Below, piece after piece: positions 39,798-44,044 of a stretch of DNA of 44,044 nt. The DNA is taken from the IMG/VR virus record IMGVR_UViG_2718218453_000006; one strand, 5' to 3'. This DNA comes from a virus (lineage: Duplodnaviria > Heunggongvirae > Uroviricota > Caudoviricetes). The translations under genes and the position numbers were made by a program. The stretch's first letter is position 1, and every line of letters begins with the position of its first letter. The notes beneath the pieces are model-generated. The model did not search any database. It had not been told where the DNA came from and worked only from the letters and a program-made list of their open reading frames with translations.

Positions 39798-39983
39798 ACA
39801 AAACAGAGAAGAGCATCACCGGACGACGGGCTCATAACCCAATCCATCCGGGCGGCTGCCACCGCAGGTGTTCTTCTCTGTTTTGTGGAGAAACTAACCG
39901 CCCCTACGGGGGCATTTATGGAAATGTAATTGACTCAATAATCGCCGGACGGTGAGGGCTTCCTTTTACCCGAATTCAGCGCG

Positions 39984-40547
39984 GTGCAGCGCATATACGT
40001 GGAGAACAAAATGTCATTTATTAAAACTTTTTCCGGGAAGCATTTTTATTATGACAGGATAAATAAAGACGACATCGATATTAACGATATCGCGGTTTCC
40101 CTTTCAAATATCTGTCGCTTTGCCGGTCATCTTTCGCACTTCTACAGCGTCGCCCAACATGCGGTTCTTTGCAGCCAGCTGGTGCCGCAGGAATTTGCTT
40201 TTGAAGCGTTAATGCATGATGCAACAGAAGCGTATTGCCAGGACATTCCCGCACCACTGAAACGCCTTCTTCCTGACTATAAACAAATGGAAGAAAAAAT
40301 AGACTCCGTAATCCGTGAGAAATACGGATTACCCCCAGTTATGAGTACGCCCGTGAAATATGCCGTTCTCATCATGCTGGCAACCGAACGCCGCGATCTC
40401 GGGCTTGATGATGGCTCTTTCTGGCCTGTACTGGAAGGTATCCCGGCAACAGAGATGTTCAACGTGATTCCACTGGCACCGGGCCATGCCTACGGGATGT
40501 TTATGGAACGCTTTAACGAGTTATCGGAGTTACGCAAATGCGCATGA
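39984..40547 (+). CDS. HD-domain phosphohydrolase (YfdR-like 5'-deoxynucleotidase)
   Basis: HD motif (H...LMHDATEAY) and similarity to prophage YfdR-type proteins as recalled. Confidence 0.7.
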   Translation: MQRIYVENKMSFIKTFSGKHFYYDRINKDDIDINDIAVSLSNICRFAGHLSHFYSVAQHAVLCSQLVPQEFAFEALMHDATEAYCQDIPAPLKRLLPDYKQMEEKIDSVIREKYGLPPVMSTPVKYAVLIMLATERRDLGLDDGSFWPVLEGIPATEMFNVIPLAPGHAYGMFMERFNELSELRKCA

Positions 40548-40900
40548 ATGTTTTCGAAATGGAAGGGTTTCTTCGTGGGAGATGTGTACCGCGAGATCTG
40601 AAAGTAAATGAAACAGATGCTGAATACCTGGTGCGTAAATTCGATGCGCTTGAAGCTAAATGTGCAGCACAGGAAAACAAAGTAATACCAGTGTCAACTG
40701 AACTGCCACCAGCAAATGAAAGTGTTTTGTTATTCGATGCTAACGGAGAAGGCTGGCTAATTGGCTGGCGTTCTCTCTGGTACACCTGGGGACAAAAAGA
40801 AACCGGAGAATGGCAGTGGACATTTCAGGTCGGGGACCTTGAAAACGTCAATATCACTCACTGGGCAGTAATGCCAAAAGCACCGGAGGCTGGAGCATAA
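40538..40900 (+). CDS. hypothetical early-left protein (DUF551/YfdS-like)
   Basis: 120-aa ORF translationally coupled to the HD-domain gene. Confidence 0.45.
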   Translation: MRMNVFEMEGFLRGRCVPRDLKVNETDAEYLVRKFDALEAKCAAQENKVIPVSTELPPANESVLLFDANGEGWLIGWRSLWYTWGQKETGEWQWTFQVGDLENVNITHWAVMPKAPEAGA

Positions 40901-41196
40901 TGACCACTTTTACCGACAAAGAACTGATTAAAGAGCGTATCAGCAGCCTTGACGTGCGAGACGATATTGAGCGCCGTGCTTATGAAATCGCACTCCTATC
41001 TCTGGAAGTAGAACCAGATGAACGCGAAGCTTATGAATTATTCATGGAAAAGCGTTTCGGTGACTTAGTAGATCGTCGGAGAGCAAAAAACGGCGATAAC
41101 GAATACATGGCATGGGATATGACTCTCGGTTGGATCGTCTGGCAGCAACGAGCTGGTATCCATTTTTCAACAATGTCACAGCAAGAGGTGAAATAA
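40900..41196 (+). CDS. hypothetical early-left protein (98 aa)
   Basis: ORF translationally coupled to flanking genes. Confidence 0.45.
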   Translation: MTTFTDKELIKERISSLDVRDDIERRAYEIALLSLEVEPDEREAYELFMEKRFGDLVDRRRAKNGDNEYMAWDMTLGWIVWQQRAGIHFSTMSQQEVK

Positions 41197-41546
41197 TGGA
41201 GCCATACAGCCTCACACTCGATGAGGCCTGTCATTTTCTCAAGATATCCAGACCGACTGCCATTAACTGGATACGCACAGGGCGTCTTCAGGCAACACGC
41301 AAAGATCCCACTAAGAATAAATCTCCTTACCTCACAACACGACAAGCCTGCATTGCGGCTCTTCAGTCTCCGCTGCATACTGTCCAGGTGAGCGCGGGTG
41401 ATGGCATAACAGAGGAAAGAAAATGTCACTCTTCCGCAGAGGTGAAATATGGTACGCCAGTTTCACATTGCCGAACGGTAAAAGATTTAAACAGTCTCTT
41501 GGAACAAAGGACAAAAGGCAGGCGACAGAACTCCATGACAAGCTAA
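41196..41546 (+). CDS. xis: excisionase (P22/Sf-type Xis)
   Basis: 116-aa HTH protein ([30 protein letters not shown]) immediately upstream of and overlapping int. Confidence 0.75.
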   Translation: MEPYSLTLDEACHFLKISRPTAINWIRTGRLQATRKDPTKNKSPYLTTRQACIAALQSPLHTVQVSAGDGITEERKCHSSAEVKYGTPVSHCRTVKDLNSLLEQRTKGRRQNSMTS

Positions 41547-42586
41547 AGGCTGAAGCATGGCGGGTCAGCAAACTTGGTGAAATACCTGATATAACGTTCG
41601 AGGAAGCGTGTGTCAGGTGGCTTGAAGAGAAAGCACATAAAAAATCACTGGACGATGACAAAAGCCGGATCGGATTCTGGCTTCAACATTTCGCAGGAAT
41701 GCAACTAAGAGACATTACTGAATCAAAAATTTATTCAGCAATGCAGAAAATGACGAACCGGCGTCATGAGGAAAACTGGAGACTCAGGGCAGAAGCATGC
41801 AGAAAAAAAGGGAAACCTGTTCCAGAATACACGCCAAAACCAGCGTCCGTTGCAACGAAGGCTACGCATCTTTCATTTATAAAGGCCCTACTAAGAGCCG
41901 CAGAGCGTGAATGGAAAATGCTGGATAAGGCACCAATTATTAAAGTGCCTCAACCAAAGAATAAACGGATCCGCTGGCTGGAGCCCCATGAAGCACAAAG
42001 GCTGATTGATGAATGTCCGGAGCCATTAAAGTCTGTTGTTGAATTTGCACTGGCAACAGGCTTAAGACGCTCGAACATCATCAACCTTGAATGGCAACAA
42101 ATAGACATGCAGCGCCGGGTGGCATGGATAAACCCGGAAGAGAGTAAATCAAACCGCGCAATTGGCGTTGCGCTGAATGATACTGCATGTCGCGTTTTGA
42201 AAAAACAAATCGGGAATCATCACCGTTGGGTATTTGTGTACAAGGAAAGCTGTACCAAACCAGACGGAACGAAAGCGCCAACAGTAAGGAAGATGCGGTA
42301 TGACGCAAACACAGCCTGGAAAGCGGCGCTGAGACGGGCTGGTATTGATGATTTCAGATTTCACGACTTGAGACACACCTGGGCAAGTTGGCTGGTTCAA
42401 GCCGGAGTCCCGTTGTCAGTGTTACAGGAAATGGGAGGCTGGGAGTCTATCGAAATGGTTCGTCGATATGCTCACCTTGCACCTAATCACCTTACCGAAC
42501 ACGCACGGCAAATAGACTCGATCCTGAACCCATCGGTCCCAAATTTGTCCCAGTCAAAAAATAAGGAAGGTACTAATGATGTGTAA
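41423..42586 (+). CDS. int: tyrosine integrase, P22/Sf-phage type (thrW-specific)
   Basis: 387-aa ORF near-identical to the P22 Int sequence as recalled; catalytic RHTWAS...Y region; ends 14 bp from the thrW 3' end. Confidence 0.95.
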   Translation: MSLFRRGEIWYASFTLPNGKRFKQSLGTKDKRQATELHDKLKAEAWRVSKLGEIPDITFEEACVRWLEEKAHKKSLDDDKSRIGFWLQHFAGMQLRDITESKIYSAMQKMTNRRHEENWRLRAEACRKKGKPVPEYTPKPASVATKATHLSFIKALLRAAEREWKMLDKAPIIKVPQPKNKRIRWLEPHEAQRLIDECPEPLKSVVEFALATGLRRSNIINLEWQQIDMQRRVAWINPEESKSNRAIGVALNDTACRVLKKQIGNHHRWVFVYKESCTKPDGTKAPTVRKMRYDANTAWKAALRRAGIDDFRFHDLRHTWASWLVQAGVPLSVLQEMGGWESIEMVRRYAHLAPNHLTEHARQIDSILNPSVPNLSQSKNKEGTNDV

Positions 42587-42600
42587 CTTATTGATTTAAA

Positions 42601-42676
42601 TGGTGCCGATAATAGGAGTCGAACCTACGACCTTCGCATTACGAATGCGCTGCTCTACCAACTGAGCTATATCGGC
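42601..42676 (-). tRNA. thrW: tRNA-Thr (anticodon CGU)
   Basis: 76-nt cloverleaf GCCGATATAGCTCAGTTGGTAGAGCAGCGCATTCGTAATGCG...GGTTCGACTCC...CCA on the minus strand. Confidence 0.95.
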
Positions 42677-42790
42677 CCTGAAAGGACATGTTCACGAACG
42701 TGAATCACGGTGGACAAGGTTAAAACTAACCGGGCGATGCGTCAATGGCCTTGTGAATCAAATGGCTACTTTTGCATCACCCGGTTTTAT

Positions 42791-44044
42791 TTACGCACGA
42801 ATGGTGTAATCACCAATACCGATCCACTTGTAAGTGGTCAGTGCTTCCAGCCCCATTGGGCCACGCGCGTGGAGTTTTTGTGTGCTTACCGCCACTTCCG
42901 CACCTAGTCCAAACTGGCCGCCGTCGGTAAAACGCGTAGAGGCGTTAACGTAAACAGCGGACGAATCCACTTCGTTAACAAAACGCTGGGCGTTGCGCAT
43001 ATCGCGGGTCAGGATCGCATCGGAGTGTTGTGTGCCGTGTTCACGAATATGGGCGATGGCATCGTCAAGATCACTGACGATTTTGACGTTCAAATCTAAT
43101 GACAGAAACTCATCGTCATACTCTTCCGCTTTAACAGCCACCACCTTCGCGGGGCCTGTCTGCAACTGCGCCAGCGCAGCTGCATCTGCGTGTAATGCCA
43201 CGCCGCTTTCCTCCATTTGTTTGCTTAATGCGGGCAGGAAGCTATCGGCGATGTTTTTATTCACCAGCAACGTTTCTACCGTATTACATGTGCTCGGACG
43301 CTGAGTTTTCGCGTTGACGATCACTTTTAATGCTTCAGCAATCTCTACACTTTCATCAACATAAATATGGCATACGCCTATACCACCTGTGATCACCGGG
43401 ATCGTCGACTGTTCGCGGCACAGTTTATGCAAACCAGCGCCACCACGCGGGATCAGCATGTCGATGTATTTATCCATACGCAGCATTTCACTGACCAGCG
43501 CACGGTCAGGATTATCAATCGCCTGCACGGCACCCACCGGTAAGCCACAGGATTTCAGGGCGTCCTGAATCACCGCCACCGTTGCCGCGTTAGTGCGACA
43601 GGTTTCTTTACCGCCACGCAGAATCACTGCGTTACCGGTTTTCAGGCACAGCGAAGCGACATCAACCGTCACGTTCGGGCGCGCTTCATAAATCACGCCA
43701 ATAACCCCCAGCGGTACGCGACGACGCTCAAGACGCAGGCCGCTGTCCAGTACGCTGCCATCGATTACCTGCCCCACCGGATCGGCGAGGTTACACACCT
43801 GGCGCACATCATCGGCAATGCCTTTCAGCCGTGCGGGCGTCAGTGCCAGACGGTCAAGCATCGCTTCGCCAAGGCCATTGGCACGCGCGTCAGCAACATC
43901 CTGGGCGTTAGCGTTGAGGATGATTTCGCTTTGTGCTTCCAGTTCATCGGCGATTTTTTCCAGCACGCGATTTTTTTCGCGGCTGGAGAGTTGCGCTAAT
44001 TTATACGAGGCTTGCTTCGCGGCAATGCCCATTTGTTCCAGCAT
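42791..44044 (-). CDS. proA: gamma-glutamyl phosphate reductase
   Basis: 417-aa ORF recognised as the E. coli ProA sequence; start codon at the window edge. Confidence 0.95.
   Translation of the reverse strand: MLEQMGIAAKQASYKLAQLSSREKNRVLEKIADELEAQSEIILNANAQDVADARANGLGEAMLDRLALTPARLKGIADDVRQVCNLADPVGQVIDGSVLDSGLRLERRRVPLGVIGVIYEARPNVTVDVASLCLKTGNAVILRGGKETCRTNAATVAVIQDALKSCGLPVGAVQAIDNPDRALVSEMLRMDKYIDMLIPRGGAGLHKLCREQSTIPVITGGIGVCHIYVDESVEIAEALKVIVNAKTQRPSTCNTVETLLVNKNIADSFLPALSKQMEESGVALHADAAALAQLQTGPAKVVAVKAEEYDDEFLSLDLNVKIVSDLDDAIAHIREHGTQHSDAILTRDMRNAQRFVNEVDSSAVYVNASTRFTDGGQFGLGAEVAVSTQKLHARGPMGLEALTTYKWIGIGDYTIRA

Larger units (their letters stand above)
2472..42646. mobile_element. 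Lambdoid prophage (HK97-type head, Mu-like myovirus tail, P22/Sf-type int-xis) integrated in thrW
   Basis: Bounded by 47-bp direct repeats; contains int/xis, cI/cro, replication, Q, lysis, packaging, head and tail modules in canonical order. Confidence 0.85.

Noticed and set aside
39500-39983. Retron (msr/msd) interpretation of the GC-rich structured region
   Set aside because: No reverse-transcriptase gene follows; the downstream gene is an HD-domain hydrolase, so a retron is unlikely. The region is kept as an unexplained structured element

Overview
The window is almost entirely one ~40.2 kb lambdoid prophage integrated into the 3' end of tRNA-Thr (thrW) next to proA. It is bounded by a perfect 47-bp direct repeat (2472-2518 and 42600-42646). 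All calls come from reading the ORF translations and DNA motifs by eye; no database search was run. Prophage layout, from the tRNA inward: P22/Sf-type integrase and excisionase; early-left genes (HD-domain YfdR-like); a cI/cro-like immunity region; an O-like initiator with internal iterons; a nin-like region (Dam-type methylase, LexA-like DNA-binding protein, RusA, KilA-N, DUF968); a Q-like antiterminator with a late promoter and terminator; lysis genes; HNH, TerS and TerL; HK97-type portal, protease and capsid; and a Mu-like contractile tail ending in a tail fibre with an invertible segment. The far (att-proximal) cargo end holds a truncated pin/gin-type invertase, a DUF262/DUF1524 (GmrSD-like) candidate defence gene, a flxA-like gene with a sigma-28 promoter, an intact IS3 with a 3-bp target duplication, and a small repeat-containing putative lipoprotein. 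Beyond the repeat at 2472-2518 lies the start of a second integrative element (P4-type integrase plus AlpA-like regulator), so two elements sit in tandem at thrW. The most interesting unexplained loci are the GmrSD-like gene, two AT-rich moron cassettes in the late operon, and a GC-rich self-complementary non-coding stretch after the immunity region.
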